Of a stretch of 64,000 nt of DNA, positions 9,636 to 17,903 are shown in pieces. This stretch comes from Gammaproteobacteria bacterium (GTDB lineage: Bacteria > Pseudomonadota > Gammaproteobacteria > Steroidobacterales > JACDCP01), in NCBI GenBank assembly GCA_050740235.1, contig JBOIDB010000072.1:972-64971 (forward strand), in the 5' to 3' direction. Position 1 is the first letter of the stretch, and each line of letters starts with the position of its first letter. The notes under the pieces are model-generated. The model worked only from the letters and a program-made list of their open reading frames with translations. It searched no databases and was not told the origin of the DNA. Position numbers and translations under genes: made by a program.

Positions 9636-10967
9636 TCATCGATCCTCCGACAACTCGAATCTGACCCGGTTGTTGAGGCTCGCGATCCGGTTCCACTCGC
9701 CCGCCGTCACGCCGGTGGCCGGCTGCGGGTACTCGACCAGCGGCGCCTCGACGCCGAACGGGACGACTTCGATCGCGATCTCGCCGCCCGTGAGCTCGTC
9801 GGTGCCGGCGAGAAAGTTCGCGAACGCAATGGAGCTGCGCTCGCCGGTTTCCATGCCAGGATTGCCCTGCACATCGCAGCTCGCGGCGGGCAGGTCGGCC
9901 GGCGGAAGGGCGTAACCGTCGGCGGCATTGCCGACCAGGCAGAAGCGCCCGGCATGCGTCTCGAGCCGCACCACTCCGCTGAACCCGACGGCGAGCAGAC
10001 GTTCGACGAGTCCCTGCAGAAGGTCGAGCCGCTGGTCGTTCAATGCGATTTCGTCGGGGCCGACGGCGCCGGCCTGATTGACGCTCCATTCGATCGCTTC
10101 GAGCATCCGGGCATCGGCGTTGCCGGTCAGGTCGCGCTGCTCGCGCAGCGAGCCTTCCAGCGCGATCGACTCCGTGGTGGCGGCGATCTGCTGGTCCTCG
10201 AGCGCCGCGGCGAGCTCGGCGTTCTGCTCGCGCAGATTCATCCAGCGCTGCTCCGATTCGAAGTACAAACCGAAGAACAGCAACGACAGGAACACCAGCG
10301 CACCGATCGCGATCAACGTGGCGACCGGCCGGATGGTTCGATCGGGCGGCGGCAGCAGCTCGGCCCGTACCGGCGGCGGCTCGCCATTCTGCGCGTCCTC
10401 TTCCTTGATTTCCTCGGCGACACGCCGCGCCACGGCCTCGTAGCCGTCGAGCAGCTCGCGCTTGAAGGTTTCCGTCTGCTGCTCGAACAGCCGTTCGAGA
10501 AACGCGCGCAGATTGGCGTCCACCTCGCTGACCTCCCGTGCATCCGGTGCCGACGCGGCTTCGCCGCCGGCCGCTGCCGCGGCGCGGCCCGCCGCCGGCA
10601 CGAGGTGCAGCGATTCGAGCACCCTGGAGACCTCGACCGGCTGGATTTCCTTGGGCAGAACGCCCACCGCGCCCAGCGCGCGCGCCTGACCCACGTAGAG
10701 CTCGCCGCGCTGGGAGGTGTACATCATGATCGGGATCGTAGCCGTGCGCGGGTTGTCCTTGATGACGCGCACCGCCTGAAACCCGTCCATGCCGGGCATC
10801 AGATGATCCATGAAAATCACGTCCGGCCGGTGCGCGCTCAGGTACTCGAGCGCTTCCTCCGCGGACTCGGCGGCGTCGACTTCGAGGTCGTGCGCCTTGA
10901 GCATGCGGCTCAGGAAGAATCGGGCGGATTTCGAGTCATCGACGATGAGAGCACGCTTGGCCGGCAT
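9636..10967 (-). CDS. Response regulator receiver domain fused to a transmembrane segment and a C-terminal domain of unknown function
   Basis: ATG 10967 with GGGGAGAGGGG upstream. CheY-like MPAKRALIVDDSKSARFFL...VIFMDHLMPGMDG...PKEI. One predicted TM helix (VATLIAIGALVFLSLLFFGLYF), then coiled-coil-like sequence and an unassigned ~190-aa domain. The track ORF start at 11147 is an over-extension. Confidence 0.8.
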   Translation of the reverse strand: MPAKRALIVDDSKSARFFLSRMLKAHDLEVDAAESAEEALEYLSAHRPDVIFMDHLMPGMDGFQAVRVIKDNPRTATIPIMMYTSQRGELYVGQARALGAVGVLPKEIQPVEVSRVLESLHLVPAAGRAAAAAGGEAASAPDAREVSEVDANLRAFLERLFEQQTETFKRELLDGYEAVARRVAEEIKEEDAQNGEPPPVRAELLPPPDRTIRPVATLIAIGALVFLSLLFFGLYFESEQRWMNLREQNAELAAALEDQQIAATTESIALEGSLREQRDLTGNADARMLEAIEWSVNQAGAVGPDEIALNDQRLDLLQGLVERLLAVGFSGVVRLETHAGRFCLVGNAADGYALPPADLPAASCDVQGNPGMETGERSSIAFANFLAGTDELTGGEIAIEVVPFGVEAPLVEYPQPATGVTAGEWNRIASLNNRVRFELSEDR

Positions 10968-11131
10968 GTCCCCTCTCCCCTTGCAAGACGCATCCGTGCA
11001 TCGCCGAGCACCCTCTCGGCATCCGGTTGGCTGTCGCAGTAGCCACGGCGACGCTGCCATTTTACACACGGGCGGCTCGACGGCCACGATAATCTGCGAA
11101 GCTGGCCCATCCGGAGACCGAACGGGAAATA

Positions 11132-13249
11132 ATGTCGCCGTTTTCACGCCCCAGACGGCCGCGTTGGCCGGGAAGGCCGGGCGCGCGGGCCGCGCGGCTG
11201 CTGCTTCTGGCCGTTATCGGCCTGCGGGCGGTGAATGCATTCGGCATCGATCGGCTCTGGCTGGAGATCGGCGATCTGGAGGCTTCGTTCGGCTCGGCGG
11301 AAGGCGTCCGGCTCGCGCTCGAGCCGGACCGCAACGGCGGCGCGCCGGCCGTCTCGCTGCATGCGCGCGCGGTGCTGCTCCCGGCGCCGCTCGGACCCCT
11401 GACCGACGTTCGCATTGCCTGTCCGGCGCTCGTCAGCAGCGGCGGACGCTTTGCCTGTCGCGACGCGAAAGTCGTGGTGGGCGGCGCTCCGGTCGTGGGC
11501 GCACAGGAACTGCGCGCGGACGTCACATACGACACGGCCAGCGGCAAAGTCGAGATTCACGCGCGCGGCCTCGACTTCGCGCGGGCAAATGTCGACGTCG
11601 ATCTGCTCGGTATGCGGAATGACTGGACCGTCTTTGCTCGCGGGAACGGCCTGGATGCCGCGTCGCTCGGCGAGCTGGCGCATGAAACGGGTCTGCTCGA
11701 AAATCCGCCTGAAATCGCCGGGCAGGTCGATGTCGAAGTGCGCGCACGCGGTGACGGCAACGGGCTCGACGGCGCGAACTCGCAAATCGGTGCCGCCGCC
11801 TTGAGCGGCAGCGATGAGAGCGGTCGGCTGGCCGTCGAGGGTCTGGGGTTGTCGCTCGATCTCGGGCTGCAGGCGGAAAACGACGGCTGGGCGTTCGAGC
11901 TCGAGGCGAAATCCGACAGCGGGCAGCTCTACGTCGAGCCGTGGTTCGTCGAGCCCGGTGAAGCCGCCCTGGAGGTTTCCGCGCGCGGTGAGTACACCGC
12001 ATCCGCAGTTGCATTAGAAGAGTGGTCTTTTCGTCAAGACGGCGTGCTCGCCGCGTCGGGCTCCGCGAGCATCGCCCCGTTGCCCGAAGCAAGGGTCCAA
12101 CGCGCGCGCGTTCACATCGCCGAGGCGCGTTTCCCCGAGGCGTATCGAATCTGGCTGCAACCTTATCTCTATGGCGGCGCGCTGGACGCGCTCGCGACCT
12201 CGGGCCGGATGGAAGGCGAGATCGTGCTCGCGGAGCAAGGCGCGCAACGCATCGCGCTCACGGCGCACGACCTGAGCATCGACGATACGGGAAGGCGCTT
12301 TGCCGTCTACGGTCTGAACGGGTCGCTGCATTGGGACGACGGGGGGGCGGCGGTGAATGTCTCGCGTCTTTCATGGGACGGTGGCTTCGTGTTCGGCATC
12401 GGCTTCGGCGCGGCCGGGCTCGCGGCCGAAACCGGCGGGCGGGCATTCCGGCTGCTCGAGCCCCTGGCGCTTCCCGTGCTCGACGGCAGCCTGCTAGTTC
12501 GCGAGCTTGCCGTCAGCCGGTTCGGCCTGCCGGAGCTCGAGATCGCCTTCGACGCCGAGCTCGAGCCGCTCGACATGCGCGCGCTGACGGCGGCGCTCGA
12601 CTGGCCGTCGTTGTCGGGGCAGCTTTCCGGTCGGATACCCGACCTTAGCTATGCGGACGGCGCGGTTACCCTGGGCGGCGACCTGACGGCCGACGTGTTC
12701 GGCGGCACGATCACGGTCGGCAATCTGCGGTTGCGCGATCCGTTCGGCACGCTGCCCCGGCTCGCCGCGGACGTCCGGCTGCGCGGACTGAACCTCGAGT
12801 CCGTGACGAATACCTTCGAGATCGGCCGCATCGAAGGCGGCCTCGATGGCGATATCGAGAATCTGCGCCTTTTCCGCTGGACGCCCATCGCTTTCGACGC
12901 GCGCCTGTACACGCCGCCGGACGACGAGCTGCGGCACCGCATCAGCCAGCGCGCGGTGGAAAGCATCTCGAGCCTGGGCGGCGGCGGCGCGACGGCGGCC
13001 CTGTCGAGCGGCTTCCTGCAGTTCTTCGAGAATTTCGCCTATGCGCGTCTCGGCCTCGGCTGCCGGCTCCGAAACGGCGTGTGCCACATGCAGGGCGTCG
13101 GTCCGGCGCCGACGGGCGGCTACTACATCGTCGAAGGCAAATGGTTGCCGCGCATCGACGTCATAGGCCACGCGGAGCTTGTCGACTGGCCGGTGTTGCT
13201 CGAGCAGCTCTCGAGTCTCGCGGAAGCCGACGCAGTCGTCGTTCGCTAG
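11132..13249 (+). CDS. YdbH-like (AsmA-like/DctA-YdbH domain) large envelope protein
   Basis: N-terminal anchor RLLLLAVIGLRAV. C-terminal ...FRWTPIAFDARLYTPPDDELRHRISQRAVESISSLGGGG...GYYIVEGKWLPRIDVIGH resembles YdbH C-termini. It is followed by a YdbL-like gene, as in the enterobacterial ydbH-ynbE-ydbL operon. Confidence 0.6.
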   Translation: MSPFSRPRRPRWPGRPGARAARLLLLAVIGLRAVNAFGIDRLWLEIGDLEASFGSAEGVRLALEPDRNGGAPAVSLHARAVLLPAPLGPLTDVRIACPALVSSGGRFACRDAKVVVGGAPVVGAQELRADVTYDTASGKVEIHARGLDFARANVDVDLLGMRNDWTVFARGNGLDAASLGELAHETGLLENPPEIAGQVDVEVRARGDGNGLDGANSQIGAAALSGSDESGRLAVEGLGLSLDLGLQAENDGWAFELEAKSDSGQLYVEPWFVEPGEAALEVSARGEYTASAVALEEWSFRQDGVLAASGSASIAPLPEARVQRARVHIAEARFPEAYRIWLQPYLYGGALDALATSGRMEGEIVLAEQGAQRIALTAHDLSIDDTGRRFAVYGLNGSLHWDDGGAAVNVSRLSWDGGFVFGIGFGAAGLAAETGGRAFRLLEPLALPVLDGSLLVRELAVSRFGLPELEIAFDAELEPLDMRALTAALDWPSLSGQLSGRIPDLSYADGAVTLGGDLTADVFGGTITVGNLRLRDPFGTLPRLAADVRLRGLNLESVTNTFEIGRIEGGLDGDIENLRLFRWTPIAFDARLYTPPDDELRHRISQRAVESISSLGGGGATAALSSGFLQFFENFAYARLGLGCRLRNGVCHMQGVGPAPTGGYYIVEGKWLPRIDVIGHAELVDWPVLLEQLSSLAEADAVVVR

Positions 13250-13350
13250 AAACCGCGGAGTGGTCTCAGTGACGAACCGAAATGGCCGGCCGGGGGAATT
13301 CGCCGCGCCTATTGGCTACAATCACCATCATAAATCCGCGGAGACGAAGC

Positions 13351-13965
13351 ATGGGGCGCAAAACTCTCGTCCGGCTGAGCCTTGCCGGGCTGTTCCTCGC
13401 AGCCTGCGTAACCATCAATGTGTACTTCCCGGAGGCGGCGGCCGAACGCGCGGCCGACAGGGTCATCGACAATGTGTGGGGCGAGCAGCCACCGGCGCAG
13501 CCGCGTGCCGTCGAACCGCCGACCACGGGCATCGTGCCGAAGCCCGCGACGAATCTTTTCGCACACGCCGTCTCGACGGCGCTCGCAATGGCGGTGCCGG
13601 CCGCTCATGCACAGGCGGATTTCGATATATCCACCCCGGCAATCGATGCTCTGGTCTCCTCGATGGCGCAACGCTTCCCTGCTTTGGAGCCATATTTCGA
13701 ATCGGGCGCGATCGGCCTTTCCGCCGATGCCACGATCGACTTCCGCGATCGGAATCTGGTGCCGCTGCCGGAGCGCAATCGCGTACGCCAGCTCGTTGCC
13801 GACGAGAACGCGGATCGCAACAACCTCTATCGAGAGATTGCGCAGGCCAACGGGCACCCGGAGTGGGAAAGCCGCGTTCGGGCGACGTTCGCGGAACGGT
13901 GGATCGCCCGCGCGCGCAAAGGGTGGTTCTATCGGAACGAAGGCGGTGAGTGGGCACAGAAGTAG
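13351..13965 (+). CDS. YdbL-like (DUF1318) lipoprotein
   Basis: ATG 13351 preceded by GGAGACGAAGC. Lipobox LAGLFLAAC. C-terminal ...RNRVRQLVADENADRNNLYREIAQANGHPEW... is typical of DUF1318/YdbL. Confidence 0.7.
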   Translation: MGRKTLVRLSLAGLFLAACVTINVYFPEAAAERAADRVIDNVWGEQPPAQPRAVEPPTTGIVPKPATNLFAHAVSTALAMAVPAAHAQADFDISTPAIDALVSSMAQRFPALEPYFESGAIGLSADATIDFRDRNLVPLPERNRVRQLVADENADRNNLYREIAQANGHPEWESRVRATFAERWIARARKGWFYRNEGGEWAQK

Positions 13966-13966
13966 T

Positions 13967-13988
13967 GGGCCGGCGGCCCGTATTATTG
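13967..13988 (+). terminator. Possible intrinsic terminator after the ydbL-like gene
   Basis: GGGCC-GGC-GGCCC stem-loop (13967-13979) followed by the T-rich GTATTATTG, 1 nt after stop codon TAG 13963-13965. Confidence 0.4.
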
Positions 13989-14250
13989 CTGCAACGCGTT
14001 CCTTCGCACGGGGTCCAAACAAAACAAGGTAATCGAGCCCGCGTGAATTCCGGGTTTTTATCCGGAAATGGCCGTTTTATGTTAAAAAGACTGGCGCGCC
14101 GACCGCCAACTGTGGTCTGCTGCCCCGGAGTGCCGGGAACAATAAGAACAAACAGGCAGGCGTGCGTCCGCGCGCAGACGGACCGGTACGGATCATGAAA
14201 CGATATTCGGACTACACACGGCTCGATGGCATGGAGACGGGAGCCGCCGC

Positions 14251-16719
14251 GTGAAGCTGCAGCGTCTGCAGCTCAAGCAACTCCTGCTCGCGGTCGGGCT
14301 GACGGCCGGAACGGCGATCATCCTGTCCGCCATCCTGCTGACCGATTTTCGCGTTTTTACCGACGAGCTGCGGCGGCTCGCCGTCAGCAGCAACGAAACG
14401 ACACTGCGCGACGGCCTGTTGTCGCGCGCGCAGCTCACTGCCCTCGACACGGCGGACCGGCTTGCGGCGCCGCTTGCGGCCGAAGATCCCGCTTCCATCT
14501 TTGCCATCGCGGACATCGCGCTCGCGCGCGATGACGTAAGACGGCTGGTAATCACGGACAGCGCCGGCGCAGTAGTTCTCGATACGGCCGCGGAGGAACC
14601 GAATGCCGCGCCGATCGATCCTGCGCTCGAAGAGCCGCTGTGGACCGACGATACGCTGCTCGTGAGCGCGCCGGTGCGCGCGGCAGGCAGCGAGCTCGGC
14701 CGCGTTCAACTGACGCTTTCGCTGGATTCGCTGAACGGCGCGCTCGGCAACGTCGGCCGGGATATCCGCGAGGTCGACCGCCGTCAGTTGAAGCGAAGCC
14801 TCGTGCTCATCGTGATCACCAGCGGCATCCTGACGATCATCGGCATGCTGTTCGCCCGCCACGGCGCGCAACGCATCATAGTTCCCCTGCGCGAGCTGAC
14901 GCGCCGCGCGGCGCTGCTCAGCCAGGCGCCGCCGGAGGAGCGCCTGCAAATGCGGCGCAAGGACGAGCTCAGCGAGCTGGCGCAGGCCCTCGACGCCATC
15001 ATCCGCGAGCTCAAGAAGACGAGCAGCTCGCGCGACTATCTGGACAAGCTGCTGGCGAGCATGAACGATGCGGTCATAGTCATCTCGCCCGACGGCATCA
15101 TCAAGCGCGTGAACCAGAGCACGATGACGATGTTCGGCTACAGCGAGCCGGAGCTGCTCGGCCAGCCGTTGCAGTCCCTGCTGCCCGAGGACCGGCAACT
15201 CGATCTTTCGGTCAGCCAGATGTCCGTCGACGTGCTCGAATCCACCTTCGTCACACGCACCGGCCGGCACATCCCCGTTTCGCTGTCGAGCTCGCCGATC
15301 AGCACCGACGATCCGCAGTTCGAGGGCAAGATCCTCGTGGCCCGCGACATCACCGAGCGCAAGAAGGCCGAGAAGCGCATTCGTTTCCTGGCTCACTACG
15401 ATCCGCTCACCAAGGTACCGAATCGCATGCAGTTCCAGCATCTGCTGCAGCAGGCGATTGCCCGGGCGCGGCGCCAACGCCATGGCGTCGCGCTGCTCTA
15501 CATCGATCTCGACCGCTTCAAGGACATCAACGATACGTTCGGCCATCTCGCGGGAGACACGAGCCTGGAAACGGCCACGGCGCGGCTTCTGGCCGCCGTG
15601 CCCAAGGGCGCGATCGTCGGCCGGCTCGCCGGCGACGAGTTCGCAGTCATTCTCGACCGGCTGAACGCCGAGCGGAACGTCTCCACCGAGGTCGCGCAAG
15701 TGGCGCACGCGCTGCTCCGTTCGCTCGGCCATCCGTTCCGCGTGCAGGACAGCGAGGTGTTCCTGACCGCCAGCATAGGTATCGCGACGTACCCCGCGGA
15801 TGCGGACAATGTCATCGACCTGATCCGCAACGCCGACGCGGCGATGTACCACGCCAAGCAGATCGGCGGCAACAACTTCGAATGCTATACGCCGGAGATG
15901 AATGCGCAGGCGGTCGACCGGCTGATGATGAAGAGCAAGCTGCGCCGCGCGTTCGAGCGCAACGAGCTGATGCTGCAGTATCAGCCGAAGTACGACCTGA
16001 GCAATGGCGTCGTGGTCGGCGCCGAGGCATTGCTGCGCTGGGAGCTGCCGGGACACGGCACCATCGGTCCGTCGGAGTTCATCCCGCTCGCCGAGGAGAC
16101 CAACATGATCCTCGACATCGGCGAATGGGTGCTCGATCGGGTCTGCTCCGATTACAAGCTCTGGCAGAGCTCGATCCCGTCACCCGGGCGCGTGGCCGTC
16201 AATTTCTCGTTGAAGCAGCTCCGGCAGACGAACATCCGGCAGCGCATCGCGACGATCCTCGGCCGCCATGGCGTGGCGCCGCAGCGGCTCGAGCTCGAGA
16301 TCACGGAGACGACGCTCATGCAGGATGCCGAGCGGACCGTCGGCATCCTGCGCGAGCTGTTCGCCATGGGCTTGCACCTGTCGATCGACGACTTCGGCAC
16401 CGGCTACTCGTCGCTCAGCTCCCTGCAGCAGTTCCCGATCGGCACGCTCAAGATCGACCGGTCGTTCGTGCGGGACGCCGCCACGGACCCCGACGACGCG
16501 ACCATCGTGTCGATGATCATCGACATGGGCCGCAGCCTCAACATGGAGGTCGTCGCGGAGGGCGTGGAGAACGAAGAGCAGTTGTCGTTCCTGCGCAAGC
16601 GGCGGTGCAACTACGCGCAGGGACATCTGTTCGGCGACCCCATGAGCGCCGATGACTACCTCGAGCTGCTGCTGCAACAGCAGCAGGGCACCGACCGCTA
16701 CCTGGCTTTGTTCGCATAG
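14251..16719 (+). CDS. Membrane sensor protein with HAMP-PAS-GGDEF(degenerate)-EAL architecture
   Basis: GTG start. Two TM segments flank a periplasmic-type region. PAS-like region (MNDAVIVISPDGIIKRVNQS). The GGDEF site reads RLAGDEFAV (AGDEF). The EAL domain is intact (GAEALLRW, DDFGTGYSSL, KIDRSF). Confidence 0.9.
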   Translation: MKLQRLQLKQLLLAVGLTAGTAIILSAILLTDFRVFTDELRRLAVSSNETTLRDGLLSRAQLTALDTADRLAAPLAAEDPASIFAIADIALARDDVRRLVITDSAGAVVLDTAAEEPNAAPIDPALEEPLWTDDTLLVSAPVRAAGSELGRVQLTLSLDSLNGALGNVGRDIREVDRRQLKRSLVLIVITSGILTIIGMLFARHGAQRIIVPLRELTRRAALLSQAPPEERLQMRRKDELSELAQALDAIIRELKKTSSSRDYLDKLLASMNDAVIVISPDGIIKRVNQSTMTMFGYSEPELLGQPLQSLLPEDRQLDLSVSQMSVDVLESTFVTRTGRHIPVSLSSSPISTDDPQFEGKILVARDITERKKAEKRIRFLAHYDPLTKVPNRMQFQHLLQQAIARARRQRHGVALLYIDLDRFKDINDTFGHLAGDTSLETATARLLAAVPKGAIVGRLAGDEFAVILDRLNAERNVSTEVAQVAHALLRSLGHPFRVQDSEVFLTASIGIATYPADADNVIDLIRNADAAMYHAKQIGGNNFECYTPEMNAQAVDRLMMKSKLRRAFERNELMLQYQPKYDLSNGVVVGAEALLRWELPGHGTIGPSEFIPLAEETNMILDIGEWVLDRVCSDYKLWQSSIPSPGRVAVNFSLKQLRQTNIRQRIATILGRHGVAPQRLELEITETTLMQDAERTVGILRELFAMGLHLSIDDFGTGYSSLSSLQQFPIGTLKIDRSFVRDAATDPDDATIVSMIIDMGRSLNMEVVAEGVENEEQLSFLRKRRCNYAQGHLFGDPMSADDYLELLLQQQQGTDRYLALFA

Positions 16720-16727
16720 GGACATTC

Positions 16728-17903
16728 CTATCTTCCCAGGCCTGCCGCTTCTTCCTCGCCGTACCCGGCCAGCTCGACATAGCCTTCGCCCGTCGCGGCT
16801 TTTCCTCCATTGCCTCCTGCCACGCGCACCGCGCCTTCCCAGTAACGCACGCTGAGATCCATTTCCTGCGCTTCGACGTACGGTTGCACGTCGAGGACGA
16901 TGCTTTCGTTCGGCAACCGGAGCCGCCAGCCCATCGGGTAGGTCACGCCGCTGTCGGGGCTGGTCCATGAGCCGCTGCTCTCGATGGTGACATCGTGGGC
17001 GCCGAGCGCGCGGCGTGAACCATCCGCCGCCACGAGCGAGCCGGCGCTGAACGGATCGACGTCGCCGTCCTTACGCCGCAACCGGTAGAACATGATGTCG
17101 GTGCCGTCATCGAGCTGCAGCGCGAACCAGTCCCAGCCCGACAGGTGCTCACCGAGCGCACCGCTGCTCCACTCGCGGTCCAACCAGGCGCGGCCTTCGA
17201 CATCGAAGCTTTCGCCGTCGACGGTTATCCCGCCTGAGGCCGCGAGGCGTGTGAACGAGTAATAATAGGATGCGTCGCCGGGCGCCGGGCCCTTGCGGCT
17301 CAGGCCCGCGTCACCGTTGAGCACGACGGGCTTCGAGGTTGTCAGCGTCAAATCCAGTGCCATCGACTTGTCGCGCGCGTTCAGCCGCAGCGGGAGAAAC
17401 TCTTTACCCGCGCTCGCGGCGGACCAGTCGCCTAGCCAGACGCGAAACGGCTCCACCTTCGCACCGGCAAGGCCGAGCGCTGCGCGGTCGAATCGCTCCG
17501 CGGCGATATGCCGGCGGCCGGCCGTGTCCGTCACGGCGAAATGCGCCATGTAAACCTGGTCGGCGGCCCATGCGGAGTCACGCTCCGGCGCTTCCACCGC
17601 GAGCGCGAAGCGGAAGAACGTGATCTGGAAGCCGAAGTGTCGGCCCGCCGCATTTCGCAGATTGCCGGTGACATACCACCATTCGGTGCGGTAGTCCGGA
17701 TGCGGGCCGTGATCGGCCGGAAAGCGGATCGCACCGGGCTCAGTCGCCTGGGCGAATTCGCCGGACGGCGAATCGCCCAGCAGTCGCGCGACGCCGGGCG
17801 AGTCATCCCGACCGCCATCCGGCGGCAGCATCAGCCACGCGACGACCAGCGCGAAGGTGATCGCGCCGAGTGTCAGTGCCAGTGCACGGCCGTTCACGTT
17901 CAC
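16728..17903 (-). CDS. AttH-like lipocalin/CrtC-hydratase-fold protein
   Basis: GTG 17903 overlaps the permease stop (GTGA). FPADHGPHPDYRTEWWYVTGNL....FGFQITFFR is the AttH/hydroxyneurosporene-synthase-like signature. The track ORF to 18662 is an over-extension. Confidence 0.8.
   Translation of the reverse strand: MNVNGRALALTLGAITFALVVAWLMLPPDGGRDDSPGVARLLGDSPSGEFAQATEPGAIRFPADHGPHPDYRTEWWYVTGNLRNAAGRHFGFQITFFRFALAVEAPERDSAWAADQVYMAHFAVTDTAGRRHIAAERFDRAALGLAGAKVEPFRVWLGDWSAASAGKEFLPLRLNARDKSMALDLTLTTSKPVVLNGDAGLSRKGPAPGDASYYYSFTRLAASGGITVDGESFDVEGRAWLDREWSSGALGEHLSGWDWFALQLDDGTDIMFYRLRRKDGDVDPFSAGSLVAADGSRRALGAHDVTIESSGSWTSPDSGVTYPMGWRLRLPNESIVLDVQPYVEAQEMDLSVRYWEGAVRVAGGNGGKAATGEGYVELAGYGEEEAAGLGR

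Noticed and set aside
13990-14250. Possible riboswitch or sRNA in the 285-bp AT-richer leader of the GGDEF-EAL gene
   Set aside because: I could find no match to c-di-GMP or other riboswitch consensus elements and no strong conserved-looking structure. It is probably just a promoter and 5' UTR.
14212-16056. 614-aa minus-strand ORF and 671-aa alternative-frame ORF over the GGDEF-EAL gene
   Set aside because: Same artefact. The 14251-16719 frame carries PAS, GGDEF and EAL motifs.
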